Origin: an uncultured delta proteobacterium
GTDB taxonomy: Bacteria > Desulfobacterota > Binatia > DP-6
Reading direction: 5' to 3'
NCBI GenBank assembly: GCA_963815115.1
Contig: CAWFFN010000009.1
Coordinates: 1,184,001 to 1,248,000 of the forward strand
Length of the DNA stretch: 64,000 bases
In this document: piece by piece, positions 10,121-19,792 of the stretch
Layout of the letters: every line of letters begins with the position of its first letter
Numbering within the stretch: the first letter of the stretch is position 1
Program-made: the position numbers and the translations under genes
Notes under the pieces: generated by a model
Seen by the model: the letters and a program-made list of their open reading frames with translations, nothing else
Told to the model about the DNA's origin: nothing
Database searches by the model: none

Positions 10121-10849
10121 ATGGGGAGCGAGCCCGGCATGCCGGCAGAGGCGAATCCGAACGAGACCCTCACCGGCGGGGCAAGTCCAGCCCGCCCGGG
10201 CACCACGGAACCGCGGTCGCCCCGCTTCGGTGTCCTCCTGGTCGCGATGCTGGCGGAGCTGACGGTCGGACCGTTCATCATCATGGCCACCGGCACGCTG
10301 CTGATCGCCAGGCTCCTCGGGATGATCGTCCTGGTGGCGGCATTGTTGGTCGTCGGAGCGCATGGCACGGCCGTCTTCCTGTTCGTCGGCGCCCTGATCT
10401 TCCATCTCGCCTCGATGGCGTCCGACGCATCCGTCGTCGCCGCCCTTGCGGAGGCGTTCCGGTTCGTGTTCCTCACCTACGTCCTGGCGCTGATCCTGAG
10501 GCGCGTGCTGCGCGACCGGAGGGTCACGCTGGACACGGTGGCGGGCGCGGCGTGCGCGTATTTTCTTCTCGGCGTGATCTGGGGGGAACTCTTCCTGCTG
10601 GTCGAGCGCTGGCGCCCCGGCTCCTTCGCGGTCCCGAGCACGTGGATGGTCGGCAGCGCGCGCGACCTGCGCTCGTCGCTCACCTACTTCAGCTTCGCCA
10701 CCCTCACCACGGTCGGCTACGGCGACATCCATCCCACCGACCCGGCGGCGGGAAGCCTGTGCACCGCCGAGGCGCTGATCGGCCAGCTCTACCTGGCGAT
10801 CATGATCGCGCGCATGGTCGGCCTGCACACCTCGCAGCGCAGCGGCTGA
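10121..10849 (+). CDS. Potassium channel family protein
   Basis: YFSFATLTTVGYGDIHP selectivity filter. Confidence 0.9.
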   Translation: MGSEPGMPAEANPNETLTGGASPARPGTTEPRSPRFGVLLVAMLAELTVGPFIIMATGTLLIARLLGMIVLVAALLVVGAHGTAVFLFVGALIFHLASMASDASVVAALAEAFRFVFLTYVLALILRRVLRDRRVTLDTVAGAACAYFLLGVIWGELFLLVERWRPGSFAVPSTWMVGSARDLRSSLTYFSFATLTTVGYGDIHPTDPAAGSLCTAEALIGQLYLAIMIARMVGLHTSQRSG

Positions 10850-10860
10850 CGAGCTGTACC

Positions 10861-11514
10861 GTGCATAACCGGCCACTACGCGACCCGTCGCTCATCGCGT
10901 GCCCCGATTGCGACCTCCTGCAGCGCCTCCCCGAGCTCGCGCCGGGGGCATCCGCCCGCTGCCCCCGGTGTGACCGGGAGCTGTGGCGCCGGCGCGAGGA
11001 CTCCCTCGACCGGACGCTCGCGCTGACGCTCGCGGCTGCCGTGCTCTACGTCATGGCGAACGCCGTTCCGATGCTCGGGCTCTCGGCCGTGGGGCGCCAG
11101 GCCTCCACCACGGTGCTTGGCGGCGTCCAGCAGCTCTGGACCGACGGGCAGCAGGTCGTCGCCGTGCTCGTGCTGTTCGCGGCCGTCGTTGCGCCGGCGC
11201 TCCAGATCGGATTCCTGCTCATGATCGTGCTCGGGGTGCAGCGTGTCCACCCGCCGAGATGGGTCGGGACACTGCTGCGTCACCATCCGACCACGCGCAT
11301 CTGGAGCATGATCGAGGTCATGCTGCTCGGCGTTCTCGTCGCGCTGATCAAGATCGCGGACTACGCGACGGTGGTCCCGGGCGTCGCGCTCTTCGCGCTC
11401 GGGGGGCTCGTCTTCCTCCTGGCCGCGATGCAGGCGAGCTTCGATCCGCGTGAGGTGTGGAACCGGGTCGAGTGGGCAGCGGGCGGGGACCGGAAAGCCG
11501 AGGTGACGCCATGA
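10861..11514 (+). CDS. pqiA: Paraquat-inducible protein A (N-half)
   Basis: CPDCDLL...CPRC zinc ribbon; WSMIEV. Confidence 0.9.
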   Translation: MHNRPLRDPSLIACPDCDLLQRLPELAPGASARCPRCDRELWRRREDSLDRTLALTLAAAVLYVMANAVPMLGLSAVGRQASTTVLGGVQQLWTDGQQVVAVLVLFAAVVAPALQIGFLLMIVLGVQRVHPPRWVGTLLRHHPTTRIWSMIEVMLLGVLVALIKIADYATVVPGVALFALGGLVFLLAAMQASFDPREVWNRVEWAAGGDRKAEVTP

Positions 11515-12152
11515 GCACGAGCGCGCTCACCGCGATGCAGCAGGGCCTGCAGAGCTGCGAGACCTGTCGTCTGGTCTCGCGTCCTGCACCCGGTGAGGAC
11601 GAAGGGCGCTGCCCGCGCTGCGACGAGGCGCTCGACTTTCGCAAGCCGGGCAGCCTCCAGCGGACGACGGCCTACGTGCTGGCCGCGGCGATCTGCTACA
11701 TCCCGGCCAATCTCCTCCCGGTGCTCACGACCACCACGGCGGCAGGGGCCGAGTCCGACACCATCCTGCAGGGCGTCGTGCTCCTCTGGTCGCCGACCGG
11801 CTGGCCACTCTCGCTCATCGTGCTCGTCGCCAGCATCATGATCCCGGTCGGGAAGATCGTCGCGCTCGCCTACCTGCTGCTCACCGTCAGGCGGGGCTCG
11901 ATCGAGAGCAACGAGCAGCGTATCCGGCTTTTCCGGATGGTGCGGTTCATCGGGCGCTGGTCGATGGTCGACGTGTTCGTCGACACCTTCACCGCCGCCC
12001 TCGTCCAGCTCCAGCCGCTCATGTCGGTGGAACCGGCTCCCGGCCTGTTCTTCTTCGCGGCCGTGGTGGTCTTGACGATGCTCGCCGTCGAGTCCTTCGA
12101 CCCGCGTCTGATCTGGGACGTGGCAAGCGCGAGAGAGGTTCAACATGCCTGA
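11511..12152 (+). CDS. pqiA: Paraquat-inducible protein A (C-half)
   Basis: CETC...CPRC; YIPANLLP; IGRWSMVDVF. Confidence 0.9.
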   Translation: MSTSALTAMQQGLQSCETCRLVSRPAPGEDEGRCPRCDEALDFRKPGSLQRTTAYVLAAAICYIPANLLPVLTTTTAAGAESDTILQGVVLLWSPTGWPLSLIVLVASIMIPVGKIVALAYLLLTVRRGSIESNEQRIRLFRMVRFIGRWSMVDVFVDTFTAALVQLQPLMSVEPAPGLFFFAAVVVLTMLAVESFDPRLIWDVASAREVQHA

Positions 12153-13722
12153 GGGCAACATGGTTCCCGAATCGAGGGCCGTCAGCCGGAAGAAGACGCG
12201 GCTCTCCCTCGTCTGGGTCATCCCCATCGTGGCCGCCATCGCGGGCGCCTGGGTCGCCGTGACGAGAATCCTCGGTGAGGGCCCGAAGATCACCATCGTC
12301 TTCAAGTCGGCGGAGGGACTCGAGGCCGGCAAGACCCAGATCCACTACAACGGGGTCACCGTCGGCACCATCTCGGCCATCCGGCTGTCGGACGATCATC
12401 GGACCGTGATCGCCGCCGCGCAGATGGCGCCCAAGACGGAGGATTTCCTCGTCGACGACACGCAGTTCTGGGTCGTGCGCCCGCGCATCACGGGCGCCAC
12501 CGTGTCGGGGCTCGGGACGCTCATCTCCGGGGCGTACGTCGGCATGGAGATCGGCGCGTCGAAGCGGGGGAAGCGCGAGTTCGTGGCGCTCGCCACGCCG
12601 CCGGTGGTGACGGGCGACGTCCCCGGCCGGTTCTTCGTGCTCAAGACCCCCGACCTGGGATCGCTCGACGTCGGGACGCCGCTCTACTTCCGGCACCTCG
12701 AGGTCGGCCAGCTCGCGGCCTATGCGCTCGCCGACGACGGCAAGTCCCTGAACGTCCGCGTCTTCGTGCGTGCGCCCTACGACCAGTACGTCACGCCGGA
12801 GACCCGTTTCTGGCAGGCGAGCGGCATCGACATGTCGCTGTCCGCCAGCGGCCTCACCGTTCAGACGCAATCGCTGCTCTCCATCCTCGTCGGCGGCATC
12901 GCCTTCGAGACGCCCGCCACCGGCATCGTCGTCGCGGCGGCCGAGCCCGAGACCGAGTTCCGCTTGTTCCGGGATCGCGAGGAGGCGTTCAAGCTGCCTG
13001 CCCGCAACCCGCAGAGCTACCTGCTGGTCTTCAACGAGTCGGTGCGCGGGCTCGAGCCCGGCGCTCCCGTGGAGTTCAAGGGGATACGGATCGGGGAGGT
13101 CACCGAGATGCACGCACAGTTCGACGCCAGCACGTACCAGTTCTCCGTGCCGGTGATCGTCCGGGTGGATCCTACGGCCCTCGGCGTCAAGTTCGTCGGC
13201 GAGAATCCCGAAGCGAATACCGGCGCCATCCACCGACGCATCATCGACGCCCTGGTGGCGCGAGGGGCGCGCGCCCAGCTCCGCTCGGGCAGCCTGCTGA
13301 CCGGAGCGCTGTTCGTGGCGATCGACGTCTTCCCCGATACGCCCCGCGCGTCGGTGGACTGGTCCCAGGATCCGGCGCAGTTCCCCACCGTTCCCGGCGA
13401 GGTCGCGGCGATCGAGGCGAACGTCGTCAGCATCATCAAGAAGATCGATCAGATGCCGATCAAGGGGATCGGCGACGATCTCCGGAAGGCGCTCGCCGGG
13501 GTCGATCAGACGATGGTCAGCGCCCGCGGCACGCTGGGCAATGCCGACCGGACACTCGACACGGCTGACAAGCTCATCGAGCCCAACTCGCTGCTGGGTG
13601 CGGCGCTGGGCGACACCCTCCAGGAGGTGAACCGCGCGGCCCGGAGCCTGCGCGTGCTCGCCGACTATCTCGAGCGCCATCCTGAAGCGCTCCTGCGCGG
13701 CAAGCCCGGGGAGGCGAAGTGA
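12145..13722 (+). CDS. pqiB: MCE/MlaD multi-domain protein PqiB
   Basis: FWVVRPR, GLGTLISGAY, three MCE domains, C-terminal LERHPEALLRGK. Confidence 0.92.
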   Translation: MPEGNMVPESRAVSRKKTRLSLVWVIPIVAAIAGAWVAVTRILGEGPKITIVFKSAEGLEAGKTQIHYNGVTVGTISAIRLSDDHRTVIAAAQMAPKTEDFLVDDTQFWVVRPRITGATVSGLGTLISGAYVGMEIGASKRGKREFVALATPPVVTGDVPGRFFVLKTPDLGSLDVGTPLYFRHLEVGQLAAYALADDGKSLNVRVFVRAPYDQYVTPETRFWQASGIDMSLSASGLTVQTQSLLSILVGGIAFETPATGIVVAAAEPETEFRLFRDREEAFKLPARNPQSYLLVFNESVRGLEPGAPVEFKGIRIGEVTEMHAQFDASTYQFSVPVIVRVDPTALGVKFVGENPEANTGAIHRRIIDALVARGARAQLRSGSLLTGALFVAIDVFPDTPRASVDWSQDPAQFPTVPGEVAAIEANVVSIIKKIDQMPIKGIGDDLRKALAGVDQTMVSARGTLGNADRTLDTADKLIEPNSLLGAALGDTLQEVNRAARSLRVLADYLERHPEALLRGKPGEAK

Positions 13723-14318
13723 TGAAGGGCCCCATCGGCGGACACGTGGTCGTGCTCGCGCTCGTCGCGCTGGCCGCGACGGGCTGCGGACGGACGGCGA
13801 TCTCGCGCTTCTACACCCTGGACCCCGTGGCGACGCCCGATGCCGGCCCGCTGGCGAGCTACGCCATCGTCGTGGGGCCGGTGTCCGTCCCCGCGGCCGT
13901 CGACCGGCCGGAGTTCGTGGTCCAGGTGGCGCCGAACCGGGTCGCGCTCGACGAGTTCAACCGCTGGGCCGGCCCGCTGGACGAGAGCATCGCACGCGCC
14001 GTCGCCGGCAACCTCGCGGCGCTGCTCGGGACACCGCGGGTGGCCACGGCCCCGCTGGCGAACTTCGATCCCGCCTTTCGAGTGACGATCGACGTCCAGC
14101 GCTTCGACTCGATCCCCGGGCATGAGGTGCTGGTCGATGCGGTGTGGGTCGTGCGCAAGGCGAAGGGCGGGGACACGCGCTCGGGCCGGACGGTCGCGCG
14201 GGAGGCGGTGGCGGACCAGAGCTTCGACGCGCTCGCCGCCGCGCACAGCCGCGCGCTCGCGACCATGAGCGGCGACATCGCCACGGCGATCCGGGCGGAA
14301 GCGGCCGGGGGGTCGTAG
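13719..14318 (+). CDS. pqiC: PqiC lipoprotein
   Basis: Lipobox ATGC; VDRPEFV, RWAGPL; position in the operon. Confidence 0.88.
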   Translation: MMKGPIGGHVVVLALVALAATGCGRTAISRFYTLDPVATPDAGPLASYAIVVGPVSVPAAVDRPEFVVQVAPNRVALDEFNRWAGPLDESIARAVAGNLAALLGTPRVATAPLANFDPAFRVTIDVQRFDSIPGHEVLVDAVWVVRKAKGGDTRSGRTVAREAVADQSFDALAAAHSRALATMSGDIATAIRAEAAGGS

Positions 14319-14385
14319 CCCCTGTCGGCGGTGCGGAGTGCGAGCGCAGCAGGAGAGTGGACCTGCCTTCAAAGGAGCACAGCGC

Positions 14386-16899
14386 ATGAAACAGGACCCG
14401 AGAGAGATCGGCGTCGTCGCGGCAGTCGCGGCATTTCTACTCGTTACGATGCTGGCCACTGCGCCGGTCGCGGCGCAGCAGGTCACGGGCGAGTTGGGTT
14501 CGCCCAGCGCCACCACCACCATCAGCGGCGAACAACTTCCGCCGCCCGATCCGACATTCGGCGGGGTGATCGCGGAGAAGGCCTCGGAGTCGAAAGCGTG
14601 GTGGCCGCCACGCGTCGTGCCGCCCAAGAGCGCGCCCAACATCCTGCTCATCATGACCGACGACGAAGGGTTCGGCGCGCCGAGCACGTTCGGCGGTGTC
14701 ATCGAGACGCCGGCGCTGGATCGCCTCGCCAAGAACGGGCTGCGGTACACGCAGTTTCATTCCACGTCGCTGTGCTCGCCGACGCGCGCCGCGCTGATCA
14801 CGGGACGCAACCATCACGTCGAGGGCTTCGGGGTCGTGGGCGAAGCCGCAACGGGGTTCCCGGGGTACGATTCGGTCATCAGGAAGGACGCCGGCACGAT
14901 CGGCACGATCCTGAAGGAGAACGGGTACGCGACCGCGTGGTTCGGCAAGGACCACAACACGCCCTTCTACCAGTCGAGTCAGGCCGGGCCGTTCGATCAA
15001 TGGCCCATCGGGATGGGCTTCGACTATTTCTACGGGTTCGTCGGCGGCGACACCAGCCAGTGGCAACCGAACCTGTTCCGCAACACGACGGCCATCTATC
15101 CCTTTCAGGGGAATCCCGGCTGGAATCTGACCACGGCCATGGCCGACGACGCGATCCAGTACATGAAGCAGCTCAAGGAGATCGCGCCCGACAAACCGTT
15201 CTTCGTCTACTACGTACCGGGCGGCACACACGCGCCGCATCATCCGACGCCGGAGTGGATCAAGAAGATCGGTGACCAGCACCTGTTCGACGGCGGCTGG
15301 AACAAGCTGCGCGAGACCATCTTCGCAAACCAGCAACGGCTCGGCGTCATCCCCGCCGACGCGAAGCTGACCCCGTGGCCGAAGGACTTGCCGGAGTGGG
15401 ATTCGCTCAGCTGGGATGAGAAGAAGCTCTTCATCAGGCAGGCAGACGTCTACGGAGCGTATCTCGCGTACACCGACCACGAGATCGGCCGGGTCATTCA
15501 GGCCGTCGAAGACCTGGGCGAGCTCGACAACACGTTGATCATCTACATCAGCGGCGACAACGGCTCGAGCGCCGAGGGCATGCTCAACGGGACACCGAAC
15601 GAGTTCACCACCTTCAACGGGGTTGCCGTGCCGGTGAAGGACCAGTTCCTCTGGTACGAGTTCTGGGGATCGGAGCGGACCTATCCGCACTTCGCGGCCG
15701 GCTGGGCGTGGGCGATGGACACGCCGTTCAAATGGGTGAAGCAGGTCGCATCGCATTTCGGCGGGACGGCGCAGGGCGTCTGCATGTCCTGGCCCGGTCA
15801 CATCACGGATATCGGCGGCATCCGCAATCAGTTTCACCACATCATCGACATCGTGCCGACGATTCTCGAGGCGACCGGTATCTCCGCGCCCGATACGATC
15901 AATGGCATCAAACAGCGCGCCATCGACGGCGTGAGCATGGTGTACACGTGGGACAAGGCGAACGCCGACGCGCCCACCAAGCACACCACCCAATACTTCG
16001 AGATGCTCGGCAATCGCGCAATCTATCACGACGGGTGGGTGGCCGCGACGACTCCGGTGAACCTCCCGTGGGAACTGAGCACCGCCCAGCCTCCGGACGT
16101 GATCACCGGGTACAAGTGGGAGCTCTACAACATCAACGAGGACGCTACTCAGGCCAACGACCTCGCCGTCAAGATGCCGGACAAGCTCAAGGAGATGCAG
16201 GACGTCTTCTACGCCGAGGCGAAGAAGTACGACGTGTTGCCGCTCGACAACTCGACGCTCGCACGCTTCCTCACGCAGCGCCCGAGCCTCACGGCGGGAC
16301 GAACGGTCTTCACGTATTCGGGCGAGCTCACCGGCGTGCCGGCCAGCACCGCCCCGAACATCCTGGAGAGGTCCTACACCATCACCGCCGAGGTCGAGAT
16401 TCCCGAGGGCGGCGCGGAAGGCATGATCGTCACCGAAGGCGGCCGCTTCGGCGGCTACGGCTTGTTCCTGAGTAAAGGCGAGCTGGGAATCGGCCGGGGC
16501 AAGGTGGTGTTCCTCTACAACCTGCTCGATCTCAAACGAACGGCCTGGGAAGGGCCGGAGCTGAGCCCCGGCAAGCACACCCTCGTGTTCGACTTCAAGA
16601 TCGACGGCGCCGGTTTCGGCAAGGGCGGCACGGGCGTATTGTCCGTGGACGGCAAGGAAGTGGCCAAGAACTCTCTGGAACACAGCACCCCCATCATGTT
16701 CCCCGAAGACGAGGACTTCGACGTCGGGCAAGACACGCGCACCCCGGTGGCGCTCCTCGAGTATCGCTACGATGTTCCGTTCAAGTTCACGGGCACGATC
16801 GACAAGCTGACCTTCGACCTCGGCCCGGCGCAGTACACGGAAGCGGAGCGCCAGCAGTTTCCGGCCATTGCCGACCGGGTTGCCCGCGCGAAGGACTGA
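14386..16899 (+). CDS. Arylsulfatase (Cys-type, secreted)
   Basis: PNILLIMTDD; CSPTRAALITGR; GKDH; SGDNG. Confidence 0.95.
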   Translation: MKQDPREIGVVAAVAAFLLVTMLATAPVAAQQVTGELGSPSATTTISGEQLPPPDPTFGGVIAEKASESKAWWPPRVVPPKSAPNILLIMTDDEGFGAPSTFGGVIETPALDRLAKNGLRYTQFHSTSLCSPTRAALITGRNHHVEGFGVVGEAATGFPGYDSVIRKDAGTIGTILKENGYATAWFGKDHNTPFYQSSQAGPFDQWPIGMGFDYFYGFVGGDTSQWQPNLFRNTTAIYPFQGNPGWNLTTAMADDAIQYMKQLKEIAPDKPFFVYYVPGGTHAPHHPTPEWIKKIGDQHLFDGGWNKLRETIFANQQRLGVIPADAKLTPWPKDLPEWDSLSWDEKKLFIRQADVYGAYLAYTDHEIGRVIQAVEDLGELDNTLIIYISGDNGSSAEGMLNGTPNEFTTFNGVAVPVKDQFLWYEFWGSERTYPHFAAGWAWAMDTPFKWVKQVASHFGGTAQGVCMSWPGHITDIGGIRNQFHHIIDIVPTILEATGISAPDTINGIKQRAIDGVSMVYTWDKANADAPTKHTTQYFEMLGNRAIYHDGWVAATTPVNLPWELSTAQPPDVITGYKWELYNINEDATQANDLAVKMPDKLKEMQDVFYAEAKKYDVLPLDNSTLARFLTQRPSLTAGRTVFTYSGELTGVPASTAPNILERSYTITAEVEIPEGGAEGMIVTEGGRFGGYGLFLSKGELGIGRGKVVFLYNLLDLKRTAWEGPELSPGKHTLVFDFKIDGAGFGKGGTGVLSVDGKEVAKNSLEHSTPIMFPEDEDFDVGQDTRTPVALLEYRYDVPFKFTGTIDKLTFDLGPAQYTEAERQQFPAIADRVARAKD

Positions 16900-16913
16900 A
16901 CGTTCCCGGCGCG

Positions 16914-17651
16914 ATGAAGAAGGTGATGCCGAACCAGCACGGTCCCGCGGACCACGAGCCGGGCCGATCGCAACGGGCGCTATCGGCTGTGCGCTCGCAT
17001 GTGCAGCCGGGCTCGTTCCCGTTGCTGCTCATCGCAACGCTGCTCCTCTACGTGCTGAACGGGTTGGCGGTCGACTCCAGGGCAGGCAGGATCCTCGTGC
17101 AGGGCGCGCGCGTGGGGGTTGCTGGCGCGGGTATCTACGTGCTGAGCGCGAACCGCGTCACGCTGTGGCTCGGGGTTCTCGTCGTGGGACTCCAGCTCAC
17201 GTTCGTAGCTCGGTTGTGGCCTCTCGATCCGGGGGCCAATCGGGTGTTGCAGGATGCGATCTCGACCGCCTTCCTCTTGTGGGTCGTCGTCGTCCTGCTG
17301 CGGGAGGTGTTCCGCTCCAGCACGACGGAGCTGGATGCCGTCATCGGAGCGCTGTGCGGCTTCGTGCTCGTCCTCGAGGCCTTCATGAATCTGCACGGCC
17401 TGCTCGAGGCGCTGGAGCCGGGCTCGTACCAGGCAAACGGTCCGCCGCTGTCCTCGCGCTCGGACGCGATGCTGGTCGCCGTCTTCCAGTACTTCAGCAC
17501 CGTCACGCTGACCACGGTCGGGTTCGGCGACATCGTCCCCATCACGCCAGCCGCGCGGCTCGCGACCGGGCTGGAGGCGATCGTGGGTCAGCTCTACCTC
17601 GCGGTCGTGATCGCGACCCTCGTCGGGCGGGTCGCTGCGCGCCGAGGCTGA
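16914..17651 (+). CDS. Potassium channel family protein
   Basis: YFSTVTLTTVGFGDIVP. Confidence 0.9.
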   Translation: MKKVMPNQHGPADHEPGRSQRALSAVRSHVQPGSFPLLLIATLLLYVLNGLAVDSRAGRILVQGARVGVAGAGIYVLSANRVTLWLGVLVVGLQLTFVARLWPLDPGANRVLQDAISTAFLLWVVVVLLREVFRSSTTELDAVIGALCGFVLVLEAFMNLHGLLEALEPGSYQANGPPLSSRSDAMLVAVFQYFSTVTLTTVGFGDIVPITPAARLATGLEAIVGQLYLAVVIATLVGRVAARRG

Positions 17652-17833
17652 CGGGACGCCCCGGCGGTGCCCGGTACGAGACGGCGAGGCGTCGTGCCGC
17701 CGGCACGGGTCCCGAGCCCCACGTGCCGATCGGCAGCGTCAGGAGGATGCCTGCCCTGGCACGTATCGGCTCGGGGCGCTATGTGCACAGCCAAGTGACA
17801 GACCAGCAGGCGGTGAAGAGGAGCCGAGGGGCG

Positions 17834-18718
17834 ATGACGAAATCCCGGAAGGCCGCGAGCGCTCCGGTCTCCAACGGACATCCGTCGGACTGCGTCCACT
17901 ACCGCGAGTACAAGCTGATCCTGCGCCCGGATCGCTTCACGTCGCCCCAGGCACTGCACGAATTCGGCAAGCTCGTGCGCTCGGAAGCGAAGCAGGAAGG
18001 GGTCGGGGTCGCGCGCCCGCAGGCAGCAGGCGAGAATCTGCTGCGCGAGATCGTCTTCTACGACACGCCGGCCTTCGACCTCTACGAGCAGGCCTTCATC
18101 CTTCGCCAGCGCGCCCAGCACCGGGACGGATGGCCCGTCGGCGACTCGGAGCTGACGCTCAAGTTCCGGCATCCCGAGCTCGATGCGGCGGCGAAGATCG
18201 ACGTCCGGCCCGCCACGGAGCATACCTTTCGCATCAAGTTCAAGGAGGAAGTGCTGCCGCCGACGGGACGCGCCGCAGGGATGCGGAGCCTCTACTCCCA
18301 CAACGTCGTGCTCACGCTGCCACCGGAGCACCTCCAGAACGACGTGGAGCGGGCGGCGCGCGTCTTCCCGACGCTGCGTGCCGTCCTCGCCCGCGCCAAG
18401 CCGCTCGAGGTGGTCCAGCGCGCGCGCATCACCGAGGTCCTCGACGAGGTGGGCGTTCTCGACTTCGGTCACGGGCTCACGGCCAAGGCCACGGTGGCGC
18501 TCTGGCGGACGGGCGTCGTCGGTCCGTCGCTGGTGGGCGAGCTCGCCTACCAGTGTAAATTCGCGCGCGACGAGGACGTGAACGCGAAGGCGCGCAAGCG
18601 GGCGGATGCGCTCTACGCGCGGCTGCAGGGGGCGGCGCGCGACTGGCTCGCGCTCGGTGTGACCAAGACCAGCGTGGTGTACGGCCTGGGCAAGACGGCT
18701 CCCCGCCACCATGAGTGA
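17834..18718 (+). CDS. CYTH/TTM-like protein
   Basis: N-terminal REYK (ExK-like), FYDT..FDLY...FILRQR, LTLKFR. Confidence 0.65.
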   Translation: MTKSRKAASAPVSNGHPSDCVHYREYKLILRPDRFTSPQALHEFGKLVRSEAKQEGVGVARPQAAGENLLREIVFYDTPAFDLYEQAFILRQRAQHRDGWPVGDSELTLKFRHPELDAAAKIDVRPATEHTFRIKFKEEVLPPTGRAAGMRSLYSHNVVLTLPPEHLQNDVERAARVFPTLRAVLARAKPLEVVQRARITEVLDEVGVLDFGHGLTAKATVALWRTGVVGPSLVGELAYQCKFARDEDVNAKARKRADALYARLQGAARDWLALGVTKTSVVYGLGKTAPRHHE

Positions 18719-19268
18719 GTCGCCGGGCGCGCAGCGCGTCTCACTCGGCTCGATCTTCTGGACCTTCCTCGTCATCGGCGCGACGAGCTTCGGGGGCGGC
18801 ATGGTCGCCTACCTGCGCGAGATGCTGGTTTCACGGCGTCGCTGGCTGGACGACGACGCGTTCATCACCGCGCTCGAGATCGGCCAGACGCTGCCGGGCC
18901 TCAACTCGACGAACATCAGCATCATCGTCGGCGACTCCCTGCGCGGCGTGCCCGGCGCCGTGGCGGCCTTCCTCGGCATCATGCTGCCCGGCACCGTGGT
19001 CCTGCTCACGGTCGGCATCCTCTACGGCCTGCAATCGAAGAGCCCGGCGTTCGTCGCCGTGCTCGACGGCGCGGGGGCGGCGGCGGTGGGGCTGCTGGTC
19101 GCCGTCACGATCCAGATCGCGCGCAAGGAAGTCGCCGGCGTCGTCGACGTCCTGCTCGTCCTGGTGACGGTGGTCGCCGTCAGCGTGCTGCACGTGGCGC
19201 TGCCCATCGTGCTCGCCATCGTCGGGGCGGCTGCGGTGTGGGTGTACCGGCCGGGAGCGCGGGCGTGA
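18711..19268 (+). CDS. Short-chain chromate transporter (CHR), subunit 1
   Basis: IGATSFGGG, QTLPG. Confidence 0.9.
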   Translation: MSESPGAQRVSLGSIFWTFLVIGATSFGGGMVAYLREMLVSRRRWLDDDAFITALEIGQTLPGLNSTNISIIVGDSLRGVPGAVAAFLGIMLPGTVVLLTVGILYGLQSKSPAFVAVLDGAGAAAVGLLVAVTIQIARKEVAGVVDVLLVLVTVVAVSVLHVALPIVLAIVGAAAVWVYRPGARA

Positions 19269-19786
19269 CCACCCTGCTCCGGCTGCTCGGCGTGTTCGGC
19301 CTCCTGTCGGTGCTGGCCGTCGGCGGGGGGCTCGCGGTGCTGCCGGAGATGAAGAAGCTCACCGTCGAGCAGTATCACTGGGTGACCGCCGATCAGTTCG
19401 TCGACTTCTACAGTCTCGGGCAGATGGCGCCGGGCCCGAACATGGTCATGGTGGCGCTCATCGGCTACAAGGTGGCCGGTCTCGCGGGGGCGCTCGCCGT
19501 CCTGGTCGCGTTCTTCCTGCCGGCCAGCCTCCTGACGTTCGGCGCCAACCGCCTGTGGCATCGGTTCTCCGCGTGGCCCTGGCGCGAGTCGATCCGGCGC
19601 GGCCTCGCGCCCGTGACGGTCGGCCTGATGACCGCGGGAGTGATCAGCATCGGCAAGGTGGCGATCGACGCCGTCGGTACGTGCGTCCTCGCGCTCGTCG
19701 TCACGGTGATCCTGCTCACCACGCGGGTGAACCCGGCGCTGCTCATCCTGGGGAGCGCCATCGCGGGCTGGGCGCTTCTGCGCTGA
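19265..19786 (+). CDS. Short-chain chromate transporter (CHR), subunit 2
   Basis: AVGGG, GQMAPGPN. Confidence 0.9.
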   Translation: MTTLLRLLGVFGLLSVLAVGGGLAVLPEMKKLTVEQYHWVTADQFVDFYSLGQMAPGPNMVMVALIGYKVAGLAGALAVLVAFFLPASLLTFGANRLWHRFSAWPWRESIRRGLAPVTVGLMTAGVISIGKVAIDAVGTCVLALVVTVILLTTRVNPALLILGSAIAGWALLR

Positions 19787-19792
19787 ACGACG